This document shows positions 38,565-52,394 of a DNA stretch of 64,000 nucleotides, in pieces (the stretch's first letter is position 1; the number at the start of each line of letters is the position of its first letter). The notes below the pieces were generated by a model. That model was not told the origin of the DNA. It did not search any database and saw nothing but the letters and a program-made list of their open reading frames with translations. Source of the stretch: the human T2T-CHM13v2.0 reference genome, Homo sapiens; assembly GCF_009914755.1 (NCBI RefSeq), contig NC_060928.1; one strand, 5' to 3'. The translations under genes were made by a program, and so were the position numbers.

Positions 38565-39990
38565 TAATATAAAAAACATCTTTTGAGCACTAGGCACTGT
38601 GCCTGGTGTTTGTCATAAAAATGAATAAGATATGATTCCTTTCCTCAGGAAGGATATACAAAAAAAGGCTATACAAAGTATATACAAAGAAATGCATACA
38701 AGCTGTGGTATAAATTGCTGTAATGGAAGCATGTACAAAATGCTAAAGGAAGCTAAGAGAGCATCTAATATGGCTTAGGAAAAGAGGCTGACCTAGCTAT
38801 GGAGAAATTTTTTGGGTGAGTCTTAAAAGAGAAATTTTCCTGGCAGAAAAAGAGGGGAAGAATTTTGGAGTCAGTGAGATCAGCATGTCCAAAGGCACAG
38901 AGGAAAGAAAGTTGGCAGCACACATAGTAAACATCAGTGTTCAAGGTTGCTGAAGTGAGTGAGTGTGTGGAGGGTGGCAGAAGAGCCCACAAATGAAGGT
39001 GCTTAGAACATGAATGGCTTCCTATAACCTGCTAAGGATGTGGGTATTGACTTAAGGAAAGAAAAGCCACTTTAAGATGTAGAATAGGAAAGTGGCTATG
39101 TTACATATATTAGAAAAATCACATAAGCAGTAGTACAATGGAAATGTGATGAAATTAAAAGCAGGAAGATCATTTAGAAAGTTCTTGTTTGCTTGTTTGT
39201 TTCTCTTTGGATTTTTGCAATCATACAGATGACTGCTGAATAAGGGACAGTGGGAATGGAGATTACAAATAAAAGATGGACACGAAGGATATTTAGCATG
39301 TAGAGTATATAGAATTTGTGGTTGGATAAAGGTGGGATGAGGGACAAAAGAGATTTAGGAAATAAAAGAAGTTTGTACAGGTTTGTTTCTTCGGGGTTGT
39401 TCAGGTGAAAAAAAGTTCAGAATAATACAAGCACTAAGGCATGAATCTTCGAAGAGAGTTCCAAGACTGATAATATTATAGAATTGGGAACCTCTAATAT
39501 ATGAGTAGTACTTGAACCATAGAAGTGTGCAATGCAAGAATATGCCATGATTAAGACGCTGGGGAACATTGGCACTTCAGAGCCTATTACAAGAGAAGGT
39601 CAGCAAAGCAGACTTAGAAGAATTGCTCAGAGAGGTAAGAGGAAAACCAAGAGAAATTAGGGCTATGGAGGCCAAGAATGAAGAGATTTTTCTGGAAGTA
39701 GGGAGAAGTCATCACTGTCAGAGGACATCATTTCATGCCTGTGAAATTCCTTGTGGAAAGATACAGGTAAAATTTAAAGAAAAAAAGAGACACCATCTAA
39801 AAAGTTTAAAATACCAGTCTAATAGATTGATACAACTTTAAAAGCAATTAATGAAAAGAATAAAAAGATAAAAAGGTCATGTTAAACAAGGACTGATACA
39901 TTTCTGGTGGATTTCTTGATGAAGTCATTATCGACACTCTTACACAAGAGTGATTTGAGTGAGTTGAAATGGTCAAATAAAGAGCAGAGA
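38565..39990 (-). mobile_element. Long degraded L2, interrupted at about 39722-39869
   Basis: GGCACTGTGC..ATGAATAAGATATG, CAGCATGTCCAAAGGCACAGAGG; resumes AGGTCATGTTAAACAAGGACTGA. Confidence 0.7.
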
Positions 39991-40642
39991 TGCTGTATTA
40001 CAGATAGTGGCTGAGCTAGAAGATATTACATCAACGAATATATAAAGACTGTAAAAAGAATTGAGCTCCTTAAGGTCCTTTATTTGTCTATTTTATTTAA
40101 TATTTTGCCTTTTCTCCTTTTGAAAAAAATTACACCAAACAGATTTTAATACCATACTACATATTAAGATAGGAATATTTGAATCAAATACCCACAGTAT
40201 ATTTCTTTTATGGATATGTTTTAAAAATCTCTTTTCACTGATTCTGGGGAACCAAGTAAAATTTGCCACTGTCTCAGTCATAATAGAGTCAATGTGGCCA
40301 ACCTTGTTCACTGCCTATGGGAGGATGTATGAAGACCATTATTATTTCCAATCTTGCCCCATGGTTTGCCTGAGCAGCCATCACACCTAAAAGGTTTCCA
40401 AGATTTGCTACATATTTATATATGTAGTTTTCCATATTTGCTACATATTTATATACCTTTCTTGAATATAAAATCCATAACATAAAGTGTGTTATTGAAC
40501 TGAAAGTTCCCAACTGTCTTGTGGAAAGGTATAGGTAAAATTTAAAGAAGAAAAAAAAAAAGACACTATCTAAAAAGTTTAAAATACCAGTCTAATAGAT
40601 TGATGCAACTTTAAAAGCAATTAATGAAAAGAATAAAAAGAT
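39750..40642. repeat. Dispersed direct repeat of about 120 bp (39750-39869 and 40518-40642)
   Basis: Four substitutions plus an A-tract length difference between the copies. Confidence 0.95.
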
Positions 40643-41339
40643 TAAGTGAGAAATATCTATTCTGTATTTATCCAATTATTAGGAAGTGCCTATTAATGGC
40701 TTAATAATGGTAATAGAAATTTCTGAAAATTAATTGTTTTTGGAGAAAATGGATTTTTTTTCAAATTACTAAGTAATGCTCAATTTAATGCTCAATTTTT
40801 TATTTTGGGCTTTGTCAGTTGGAAAAGAAAAAAGTTAAATTTCCTGGAAATTATGTTTGATAACACAGTAATTTAATTATCTTATCATTGTGCAGACTGA
40901 TATTCAAGAAAATGATTTGCCATGGTAGATGTTTTGCTGACTTACTCTACAACTCAATTACAGCAGTATTTAAGGGCAAAGAGAAAATGGCTAGAAGTTA
41001 CATTAATTTCATTGCAACTTTGACTTGTAGTTATTTTCAGTCTGATTTGGTAGGAGTTGGCTGGAGCTGTTTCATGGAAATGATCCTTATTTTTCTTTTG
41101 TAACCCTATGACCTCTTCCTTGAAAATAAATCTCTTCATTGACAGGCTCATTCAGAGTTGGTCTCAAATATTTTCCCCATCTCTCAGGTCTTCAGTTGGA
41201 AACCTGCCTGCATGGCCCTAGGGAATAACAAGCTTCTAACTGCATTATATGATCACTTCTTTGGAAATATATTTTGGTATCCATAGTTTTGATTTTCTAT
41301 TAAGCAGTTGATTTTGCCATTAAGTTACGTGTCTATTAT

Positions 41340-41832
41340 GAGTAGATGCTATTTCACTTGGTAGAAAATCCCCAAAGCAGGGCTTCAACAGGATAGGCAT
41401 TCATTTCTCTGTTATGGAAATGAAATCTGAGGGTACTTATTTCAGGTGCGGATGCCACTGCATGGTGTCAGAGACTAAGGCTCCTTTGGTCTGGCTGCTC
41501 CACCACCCTCAGCACATAATTTCTATCCCAAATTTCAAGAAAACTCTTCTTGCTGTTGCCCCTTTGTCAGCATTCCAGCCAGCAAGGGGCAGGAAGGGTA
41601 GAGAAAAGGCAGGCCACTCTCACTAAGGACATTTCTAGAAAATGGCACACAATGTTTTCATTTACATTCTATCAGCTAAAACTTAAGCACAGGCCCATAC
41701 CTGGAAGAAATGGAGTCCGGGAAGTGTAGTCTTGACTCCAGGTGGCCACATACCCAGCTAAGCCTGAGAGTTTTATAACAAAGGGAAGAGGGGAGACTGG
41801 ATCCTGGAGAAAAAACAGTTATCTCTGCCACA
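41340..41832 (-). mobile_element. MLT1J LTR
   Basis: Reverse of TGTGGCAGAGA...TTAGCTGGG...AAGACTACACTTCCC. Confidence 0.8.
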
Positions 41833-42134
41833 GTTTTCTTCTCCCTGCTCAGCCTGTCACATCATCCCTGCCATTAAATCTCAGTTTCTGGTCTTCCTAC
41901 TCAACTAAAGCTTTTTTGGATATTAGCCACTCTTTTTCTTCGGCTTTTGGAAAAATGATTTATCTGCTCTTGTCTTTATATACTATATTTGTATTTGTGT
42001 TCATCATGTTTTTCTCATCTATTAAATAGTATTCCTTAAGGAAAAAAGTCTTATGTATTCCAAGCCTAGTTGCGGATATGCACCCGAAGGAAATTCAGTA
42101 ATACCATGACTAAAAGTCACAGGTACATAAATTA

Positions 42135-42505
<371 letters not shown>

Positions 42506-42934
42506 AGAAATATCATAAAATCTATTATGTGTTCCTAGCAGGCTGCTCTGCTCTATTTTAAGTTTTTTTGTCTGATGGACTTCTGAGCTCTGCTGTCTGT
42601 CAATGGCACTATGGTTTTCCATTCATGAGTGACGTCTGAACAGTTGTGTCCTGTAGCCTGGAAGGTGAGATCCAAGAGACAAGGTCCTCAGATATAAACC
42701 GGAAGAATCCCTGAAAATATCCATTTTCCACAGCAACAATGAAACCAACACTCTGTGACTGAATAGTTCTTTATTCTCTCAGAGTACTAGGAAGAGATGT
42801 GAGAATGAGAATAAATATAAATGAATTGGTGCATACTTATTGATTGAGGTTTCCTAAATCAAGCTATGACTGTTTTATGGACAGGTTAAAAGCCAGTGTG
42901 TGGTAAACCAGCTTGATAATAATAATAAACAAGC

Positions 42935-43120
42935 CACTAGATATTCAAGATAAAATACAGGACAGCCAGTTAAATTTGGAGTTAGATAAAGAGTGAATTT
43001 TTAAAAATTATATATATGCCCTATGCAATATTTGGGATATATTTACACTCAAAAAGTTTCTATTTTTCTAAAATTCAGATGTAACCATGTTTCCTGTATT
43101 TTTATTTGCTAAATGTGATT
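42935..43120. mobile_element. MER53 palindromic MITE
   Basis: ATAAAATACAGGA..CCAGTTAAATTTG...TGCAATATTTGGGA...TCCTGTATTTTTATTTGCTAAAT. Confidence 0.85.
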
Positions 43121-43134
43121 TATGTTTTACTCTA

Positions 43135-43444
43135 TCCATGGCACTTTGTAAGGCTCTTCTCTCAAAAGGTAGAGAGTATTTCTCTACTCTGCTGAATAGG
43201 GGCTGGCCTTAGACTTTCTTTGGCCAATAATATGTGGCCCAAGAAACACTGCAAATTGGGGTACCCAGGGTTAGGTTGCACTAGTAGACCCCCCAAATGA
43301 ATGAAGTTTCTCAGGTGAGCCTGGATGAGCCTGCAGATGGGCCACTCAGCCAAACCACAGAATCCTGTGAAAGAGTGCATAGCTTTAGTTTTAACCCACT
43401 GTATTTTGGTGTAGCTTGCTAGGCAGCAATAGATATCTGATATA
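43135..43444 (+). mobile_element. MLT1 (G/H-like) LTR fragment
   Basis: GGCTGGCCTTAGACTTTCTTTGGCCAAT...TTTTAACCCACT...GCAGCAATAGATATCTGATA. Confidence 0.65.
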
Positions 43445-44373
43445 ATTCTGATTAGAATGAGTATTTTTGAGCTCCTTTGAAATGATGAAGTTATTATAAT
43501 GTTTATTATAATACTTAGGACGGTGACCTACTGTTTCTGGCGTGATGGCTGGATACTGAATGACTCTTCCAATGCATAATGTATAAATAAGCCTAGATAA
43601 AATATTTTAAAATACCATTTTATAAAAGAAACATGTCTGTATTGGCACAAAAAGAAAAATATCAAGAAAGCAAGAATAAAGTGAAAAAACAAAAAACAAC
43701 CAGGAGGCAGTAGAGCACTGAGGCTAGAACAGATGAGATGAGAGCAAGGGCTGAAAATAGCCAAGATACTGATAAAAAAGAACACATTTTATTTTTTTCT
43801 TCTCATGCCTGCTCTCACCATTTATGAAGTACAAGTGAAAACTCACTTACCATGTATCTAAATACTTAAAAATAATACCTGAAACAAGCCCACAGCCTGG
43901 TCATGAATCCCACCAAGGATCCCACAGCCCATTCTCCAGGGATGGCCTTAGAAACTCAGAGGCTAAAGGACCGAATCCTTGCCCAAGCCAACCCTTCAAT
44001 CTGATCTATCAGGTTGATCTTCTGGGGTCAGGCAGGGCAGAAGCTGAGACCAGTCCAGGAATCCTGGCAGTGAATGGACCAGGTCAAAACCAGGCTGGAA
44101 ACTGAGTAGGACAAGCTCCCAGCTTCATCCTCCCCAGGCTGTTATATAAATGCCCCATGAATCCAAACATCATCCTGAGGATGAGGAGGGAGGGACAGGC
44201 AATCTTAGCAGCAATGGATTTGAGTATGGATCATTGAACTGACCGAATATAAATCCTAAATTAACTGAGCACAGACTCAACATATATCTGTTGTCAAACT
44301 GGAAGTGACTGAGTTGCTTTGAGGGGACAAGAGTAATTATTTTCTGCTTTATGGTGTTAATAAAACAAGTTAA

Positions 44374-44704
<331 letters not shown>

Positions 44705-45464
44705 CTAAATGAATCAATGCAAGGAATTACCATAGTGCCTTATCTGTACTAAATACTCAGAGATATTACTATTGCCATTGGTGCAAATCTGGACTCTAAA
44801 AAAAACTGAGTTCAATTTATGAAATGAAAGATTGCCATTTAGGTCTATTTCAGTCATATTGTATAAAGTAAACTCACTACAGTTGTGAAAAAGATATATA
44901 ACAATAATGACTCAGAAATGATACCTTATGCTCGAAATCAAAATAACCAATATTTCTACTATTAAATCCAACATTGATGGTTTAATTTCAAGATAACATC
45001 ATCCATCACATGTAATTCATTCTATTAGTTTCAATTGTATTATTTTTGCAATTTTTGAATTTAATTCATATGTATGCTATGATTATATAGTTTTACAAGC
45101 TGTATTCTCTGATTTAGTTTTTTTCTATATTTAAGTATTACCATTAAATAGTTAACACTAGTGGTCCTTAAAACATGTTCTCCTATAAGGAGGGTTCCTT
45201 GCAATTCAAGCATTCAACAAATATATAGTTTATTAAGCAGTATATTATGTAGTGAATACACAGAGGTGAATTAAATAGATGTAGTCCTTTCTCTTATGAG
45301 GCAGAGAATTTATGAACAAGATGACAATAGATAAAAATGTAGAACCTAGAAAGAAGTAAGAGGAAAGTAATAAAATCAACAGGGTAGTGCAGTATACTTT
45401 TATGAGAGGTTTTTAAGTTCCAAAAATAAATCAATGAATGATAAGAAAAAGAGAATTTTTCTTT

Positions 45465-45725
45465 CACATTTGTCTTTAGCTCACCTGAATTTTTACTTTT
45501 TATGATGCAAAGAAGAGATGCAGTATCATTTTCTTTCCTCCTGTGGGAATAGACTATTATCCCAGGACAATTTTTAGTGAGTTCTCTGTCAAATATAAAG
45601 TTTTATAAATATCTGGATCTGGGTTGTGGGTTTAGTTCCATCATTTCAGCAATACCATATTGACTTAAATGCTGTTTATCATAAGGTTTATAATAAGACT
45701 CAATTTCTGGTAAGGCCAGTAGCTC
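45465..45725 (-). mobile_element. Old L1M fragment
   Basis: CACCTGAATTTTT..., TCTGTCAAATATAAAGTTT, CAATACCATATTG. Confidence 0.5.
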
Positions 45726-45962
45726 ACTGGGTTCTGGACAAGAGGAGTCCTTACTTTAGTCTGTGCTTTAGCTGACCCACAGAAGTATTTTGTTTGGATT
45801 TGTTCGCATCTTGGTGTTCATAATTTTTTTTTTTTAGCAATCAGTTGAGCAAAAGAGAATTATGAGAGGGATTCATGACAGCTAAAGCCCCTAAGGCTAG
45901 AGGATAAAGGGGCTGAAAGCCACATACGTACATGAGGAAAGGAGAAAAATCAGTTTTGTCCT

Positions 45963-48312
45963 TGATATAGTTTGGATTTGTGTCCCTGCCAAAATCTCAT
46001 GTTGATTTGGAGGAGGGCCTTGGTGGGAGGTGATTGGATTGTGGGAGTGGACTTCTCCATTGTGGTTCTCATGATAGTGAGTGAGTTCTTATGAGATCTA
46101 GTTGTTTGAAAGTGTGTGACACTTCCCTCTTTGTTCTCTCTCTTTCCTGCTCTGCCATGGTAAGACATGCTTGCTTCCCCTTCACCTTCCATCATGATTG
46201 TAAGTTTCCTGAGGCCTCTCAGTCATGCATCCTGTTAAAACTATGGAACTGTGAGTCAACTAAATCTCTTTTCTTCATAAATTACCCAGTCTTAGTTCTT
46301 TATAGCAGTGTGAGAAAAGACTAATACTGAAAATTGGTACTGGAAGTGGGGCACTGCTATAAAGATACCTGAAAATGTGGAAGTGATTTTGAAACTGGGT
46401 AACGGGTAGAGGTTGGAACAGTTTGGAGAACTCAGAAGAAGAGAGGAAGATGTGGGAAAGTTTGGAACTTCCTAGAGACTTGTTGAATGGTTTTGACCAA
46501 AATGCTGATAGTGATAAGGACAATGAAGTCCCAGCTGAGGTGGTCTCAGATGGAGATGAGGAAGTTATTGGGAACTGGAGTAAAGGTCACTCTTGCTATG
46601 CTTTAGCAAAGAGAGTGGTGGCATTTTGCCCCTGCCATAGACTTCTGTGAAACTTTGAACTTGAAAGAGATGACCTAGGGTATCTGGCAGAAGAAATTTC
46701 TAAGCCCCAAAGCATGCAAGATGTGACCTAGCTGTTTTTAAAAGTGTATGCTTGTATGTGTAAGCAAAGAAATGGTCTAAAATTGGAATTTATATTTAAA
46801 AGAAAAGCACAGTATAAAAGTTTGGAAAATTTGTTGCCTGGCTATGTGGTAGAAAAGAAGAACCCATTTTCTGGTGAGAAATTCAAGTTGGCTGCAGAAA
46901 TTTGCATAAGTAAAAAAGAGCTGAATGTTAATAGCCAAGGCAATGGGGAAAATGTCTCCCGGGCATTTCAGAGACCTTCATGGAAGCCCCTCCCATCACA
47001 GGCCTGGATGCCCAGGAAGAAACAATGGTTTCCTGGACCAGGCCCAGGGCCCAGCTGCTCTGTTAGCCTTGGAACATGATGCTATGCATTCCAGCTGCTC
47101 CAGCTCCAGCCATAGCTAAAAGGGGCCAAGGTACAGCTCTGGCCATGGCTTCAGAGTGTGGAAGTCCCAAGCATTGGTGGCTTTCATTTGGTGTTGGGGT
47201 TGTAGATATGCAGAAGGCAAGAGTTGAGATTTGGGAACCTCCATCTAGATTCCAGAGGATCTATGGAAATGCCTGGATGTTCAGGCAGATGTCTGCTGCA
47301 GGGGTGCAGACCTCACGGAGAACTTCTGCTAGGGCAGTGCAGAGTGGAAATGTGGGGTTGGAGTCCCCACACAGAGTCCCCACTGGGGCACTGCCTAGTG
47401 GAGCTATAAGAAGAAGGCCACCATCCTCCAGACCCCAGAATGGTAGATCCACCGACAGCTTGCACTGTGTGCCTGGAAAAGCTGCAGACACTAAATGCCA
47501 ACCTGTGAAAGCAGCTGGGGGGGGGCTCTACCATACACAGCCAAAGGGGTGGAGCTGCCCAAGGCCTTGGGAGCTCTCTGCTTGCATCAGCATGCCCTGG
47601 ATGTGAGACATGAAGTCAAAGGAGATTATTTTGGAGCTTTAAGATTTAATGACTGTACTGCTGGATTTCAGACTTGCATGGGGCCTTTGGCCCTTTATTT
47701 TGGCCAATTTCTCCCTTTTGGAATGACAGTATTTTCCCAATGCCTGTACCCCCATTGTATGTTGGAAGTAACTAACTTGTTTTTGATTTTATAGGCTCAT
47801 AAGCAGAAGGGACTTACTTTGTCTTAGATGAGACTTTGGACTGTGGACTTTTGAGTTAATGCTGAAATGAGTTAAGACTAGGTGACTGTTAAGAAGGGAT
47901 AATTGTATTTTGCAATGTGTGAAGGACCTGAGATTTGGGAGGGGCCAGGGATGGAATAATATGGTTTGGATTTATGTCTCCACCCAAATCTCATGTCGAA
48001 TTGGTGGAGCCTGGTGGGAGGTGATTGGATTATGGGGGCAGATTTCCTCCACACTGTTCTCTTAATAGTTAGTGAGTTCTCATGAGATCTGATGGTTTAA
48101 AAGTGTGTGGCACTTCCGCTTTTACTCTCTCACCCTCTCTCTCTCTTCTGCTCCACCATGGAAAGATGTGCTTTGCTTCCCCTCTGCATTTTGCTATGAT
48201 TGTCAGTTTTCTGAGGTCTCTCCAGTCATGAGGAACTTAAGTCAATTAAACCTCTTTTCTTCATAAACTATTATTCTCAGATAGTTCCTTATAGCAGTGT
48301 GAGACTAATACA
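45963..48312 (+). mobile_element. Full-length MSTA/THE1D-type MaLR (5' LTR 45963-46328, internal region, 3' LTR 47957-48312)
   Basis: Internal region starts GAAAATTGGTAC and ends in polypurine GGGAGGGGCCAGGG; perfect 5-bp TSD GTCCT at 45958-45962 and 48313-48317. Confidence 0.95.
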
Positions 48313-48575
48313 GTCCTAAAACCCACAATGAAGTTTTACTTTGTATTTAAAGTTGTGTGCTCTAAATGAGTCAAAATAGTGTCCAAGAAGACTGGGTGCC
48401 CCAACTAGCTGTACTTGTTCCTTCCCATTTGCTTGGGAAGTAGTTTTGGGAGGCATTAGAACTGCCTGTAAAGATTCAAGTTAGAGTTCAGAAAGAAATC
48501 TGTTCACCTTGTGAGACAGAGTAAAAGACTCTGATCATTTCTCTAAGATTTGACCTCTAGAATTTTGTTCTAAAA

Positions 48576-49110
48576 TGTATCCACCACTTTTTATAATCAG
48601 GTATGGTAAGACACACAGACATGAAAATGAAGAAGTTTATATTCCCAGTTTGCTAGAAACAGGAGGCAGGGCATGCCACACAGGTCCATGTGGGGAAACC
48701 CCAGGGTCATTTAAGCAGCAAAGAGAGTGAGGGGAAAGCATGGGAAGAGCCTTTATTGTGGCTTTCTTGGAAAGGATTGGGCAGGGTAGGAGAGCAGCTG
48801 AGTAGCTTTGGGACTGGCTGGTTTGAATAATCTCAGCAAACTTCAGGGTATAAGGACTGCCCCTACTTTCCTGGAAACTGGCCCTGAGGGGATATTAGGG
48901 CAGGGAGATAGAGAGCTTGTCAGAGGAGGTAGTAGGGTATATGGACTGTGGGTTGGTTGGTTCAAATATGAAAGGCATGGCCTCAGGACAGTAATTAGCT
49001 CTGTTTAGGAAGTAGCTAGCCCTGGAAAGGGAAGTCTCTCCAGGATCAGTAAGATCCAAATTTCAGAGCATTATAAATTATAGACAATTAAAAAAACGAA
49101 ACCACTATAA
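48576..49110 (-). mobile_element. MER74 (ERVL) LTR
   Basis: Reverse of CCTGGAGAGACT..CCAGGGCTAGCTA.TTCCTA...CCTTTCATAT...AACCAACC. Confidence 0.8.
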
Positions 49111-49699
49111 TACAAATCAGTATATCATTTTTTTCTCTCGACAGAACCTGACTGTTAGATTAAAACCATATGTTGCATAATTGTTGTACCTAAAGTGGGC
49201 ATCAACAGATGATCTTGAAAGTTTGAAACCAAACAAACAATTGATCTTTTCTTGGATGAGTCTGGCCCTCCCCATGAAGCATGCCTCCACCTCAGTCAGG
49301 GGAGAGCTGTGAGAATGATTGTGAATGACAAATACAATGGATAATTTTTCAAAATACTTTTCCATAATAAAGTAGTTTTAAGCCATTGATTAAAGTAACA
49401 GCTAATGACAGATTACTCATTGCATGTTTATGCCTTTATTTTTTGCTACTGAAGTGCAAGTTAATATGCATGAAGATTGAATCCATGCAAGTAATACACC
49501 AGCATATTGACTATCATACTAAATGCAAGTTTAATATGGTACAGATAATTTTGTCTTTGGCATGCTTATAATTCTATCTACCTCTAGGAAACTGATCATT
49601 GAGAAATATTACCATAAATTTGGTAATACAACAGAAGATATTAAAGGTCATGATCAGATTCACTTTTTAGAACTACAATCCTACAGCAGAAGTCTGAAA

Positions 49700-49907
49700 A
49701 GTAGACTTAATGGGCCTATCTGGCATGACATCTGTTTTTGTAGATAAAGTTTTATTGGAATACAACCATGCCAGTTTAATTTATGTATTGTATATCTCAG
49801 TTTTTATACTACATCAGTAGAATTGAGTAGTTGAAATAGAGACCGCTGGCCTGCAAAGCTTAAAATACTCTCTAGACCTTTATGAAAAAAGTTTGCTGAC
49901 TCCTACT
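49700..49907. mobile_element. MER58A
   Basis: TGTTTTTGTAGATAAAGTTTTATTGGAA...GAGTAGTTG..AGAGACC...AAAAAAGTTTGCTGAC. Confidence 0.85.
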
Positions 49908-50559
49908 CTAGAAGATAGACTGAAATGAAGGTGAAAATATCTGAAAATAAAATACAATGAAAATGAATAAAAAAGTTATTGCTATGGTAAGACAAATTAT
50001 AAATTGAGCTAAGGAAGTAGCAACAGGAATAGAGAGCAATCAGATGATACAGAATTTGGTGACTGACTGGATAGATCATGAAGGCAAGGAGAAAACCAAG
50101 ATGAGTCTGATGACAGAGTGGAAGTTGGTGCCATTAACTGAGGTAAGAACCATATGATAAACAGTAAATGAGTGTGGATGTATGTATGCATGGCTGTATT
50201 TTAAAATAAGGATTGGGTGGTGGCTATGTATAAGAGTACAATGAAAATCATGAAGATTTGGAATAACCATCCTATGTCCAAGTGAGACCTTTGAAAACAT
50301 GTTTATCTCACTTGGACATAGAATCATGCATTTAAAGCCCAAGTGATGAACCAAGACTCTACTTGAATAGGATATCAATGAGCTCATAATATAAGGCTAT
50401 TGAATTTGGTTTTTCTTTATTATTGTATTTAAGTATTTTTTTCTTCTTTTTCAAAAACATTTAAAAAATATCAAGGATAAAGAGTAATTCCAGCACTTCT
50501 AATAAAAGTAGAAGCACTTTTTTTCTATTCAGTGACGTAAACTTCCAAAAGAAAAAAAA

Positions 50560-50945
50560 AAAAAGAATCTGGAAGAAAAAGAGCAAATTCAATACAGGGA
50601 GTAAGTAGAAGAGAGGAAATAAATATGAAGGCAGAAATCAATTAAACAGGAATAAAGAACAAAAATTAGAGAAATCAAAGAAACTAAAAGTTTGTTCTTG
50701 AAAATTTATAAAAACCTAGCTAGACTGTTGAAAAAAAAAGAGAACATAATTTGCAATAATTTGAACATATTAAAGGAGAAAATTTCTGTTTGGGGTGATG
50801 AAAACACTTTAGAAATAGGTGTTGGTGATGTTGTACAACATTGCAAATGTAGTTAATGCCACTGAACTGTATACATAAAATGATTAAAAAGTAAATTTTA
50901 TGTTATATATATTTTACCACAATAAAAAGGTTTTTTAAAAAGAAG
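50560..50945 (+). mobile_element. L1M ORF2 fragment abutting an L1MB 3' end fragment
   Basis: GCAGAAATCAA...AAACTAAAAG..CCTAGCTAGACTG, then TTTCTGTTTGGGGTGATGAAAA...AATGCCACTGAACTGTA...TTTTACCACAATAAAAA. Confidence 0.75.
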
Positions 50946-51565
50946 AAAATATAATTGAATTACTTTTAGTTAAGTTTAAATAATGGGCATTAGAGCCATA
51001 GCTTGGATTTCTGAATGTAATAAAATTCTAAATGAAAAATAATAATTAGATCTTGTTATTGCATTTCCATTTGGCAAGTAATTTTTGTGTTCCTTTTTCA
51101 GTGCTAGTGTAGCATCATAGAGTTCCATGGAGACACTCATCATATGAGTGTTAAAGAATAGAAGAAAACGTATAAATGCTACATCTCCTTTTCTTTGTCA
51201 GACTCCTTCCCCAGTGGTCTGGCTCTGTTCAGAACTGCCCCAAGTTGACTTGTTAAGCAGGTACCTATTATGAAATGAATTACTGATTCATGTCTTCTTC
51301 TCTTCAGGCTTAGAGTCTGCAGTTTTGCACATTTTGATTGTTTGATATATTTACCCATCCACCTATGAATATGAAGAAAATGTTCTTATATTCCTTTACT
51401 ACCAGTGGAATCAATTAAGATCACTAAATTCATTTCTTTATCTGTGATTAAAAGAGGTAGGCATTTAGAAGGAGCTAGGAAGGGAATTCTCTCACACCAG
51501 TGGCCCTCCTAGGAAACCATCAAAATGACGAATATCTGGCCCTGAAAGCTGACATCATAATCACA

Positions 51566-52148
51566 TGTTATGGTTACTTTTTCTGTCTGACAAACACCTT
51601 TAATTTAGCAATGTAAGAAAACAACCATTTTGTCATTTTTATGGATTCTGTGGCTCAGGAATTTGGAAGGGGACAGCATTGAAGGCTTGCCTTTCCTCTA
51701 TAATGTCTGAGTTCTTAGCCAGGAAGATTCAAAGGGTAGTGCTACCTTGAGGACTAGAGGCTAGAATCATCTGAAGGCTCATTCATTCAAATATCTGGTT
51801 CCTGGGCAAGGAGAACTCAAAAACCAAGATTGTCAAAAGCAGTGCCTACATTTGGTTTTGCCATGTGGCTTGGCCTACTGATAGTGTGGCAGCCTCAGAG
51901 TACATGGTAGCTCAGCACTCCTAGTGCAAGTGCTCCAACTGACAAGTTAGAAGCTTCACTGCTCTTTCTGACCTAGCCTTGGAAGTCATGCAGCTTCTGT
52001 TGGTTGCAAATGAGTCATAAGGCCACCCATATTCAAGGAGGGGATTCATAGAACAACACTTTTTGATAAGGGTAGAGAGCATGTCATAAATGAGAATGTG
52101 AGATAGGACATATTTTTGCTGCCATTTTGGAAAATTTAGTCTGCCATA
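51566..52148 (-). mobile_element. MLT1E/F-like LTR
   Basis: GATTCTGTGGCTCAGGAATTTGG, GCTAGAATCATCTGAAGGCTCATTCA, GACCTAGCCTTGGAAGTCA, terminal TCTGCCATA. Confidence 0.8.
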
Positions 52149-52394
52149 CTATATGATTTCTAGCTATCTTCCTGTTCAGTTATTCAGTTTCCATAATTCA
52201 GTATGACTAAAAACTACTTGAAATAGAATTTGAGCATTCAACCTTCTCCTTCTACTTTCATCTTCATTTCACCCTGGCCTCTATTGCTTTAGTATTCTGT
52301 GGTTGTAAGGCTAAGCACTAAGCAAAAGGTCAACTTTTATAATGGTATAGCATTTTGTTTTTTGTGGATGTGTTTATTTTTTATGACTTTCCAG

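Noticed and set aside
46423-47794. Stack of ORFs up to 176 aa
   Set aside because: Broken remnants of the MaLR internal region; no intact retroviral gene
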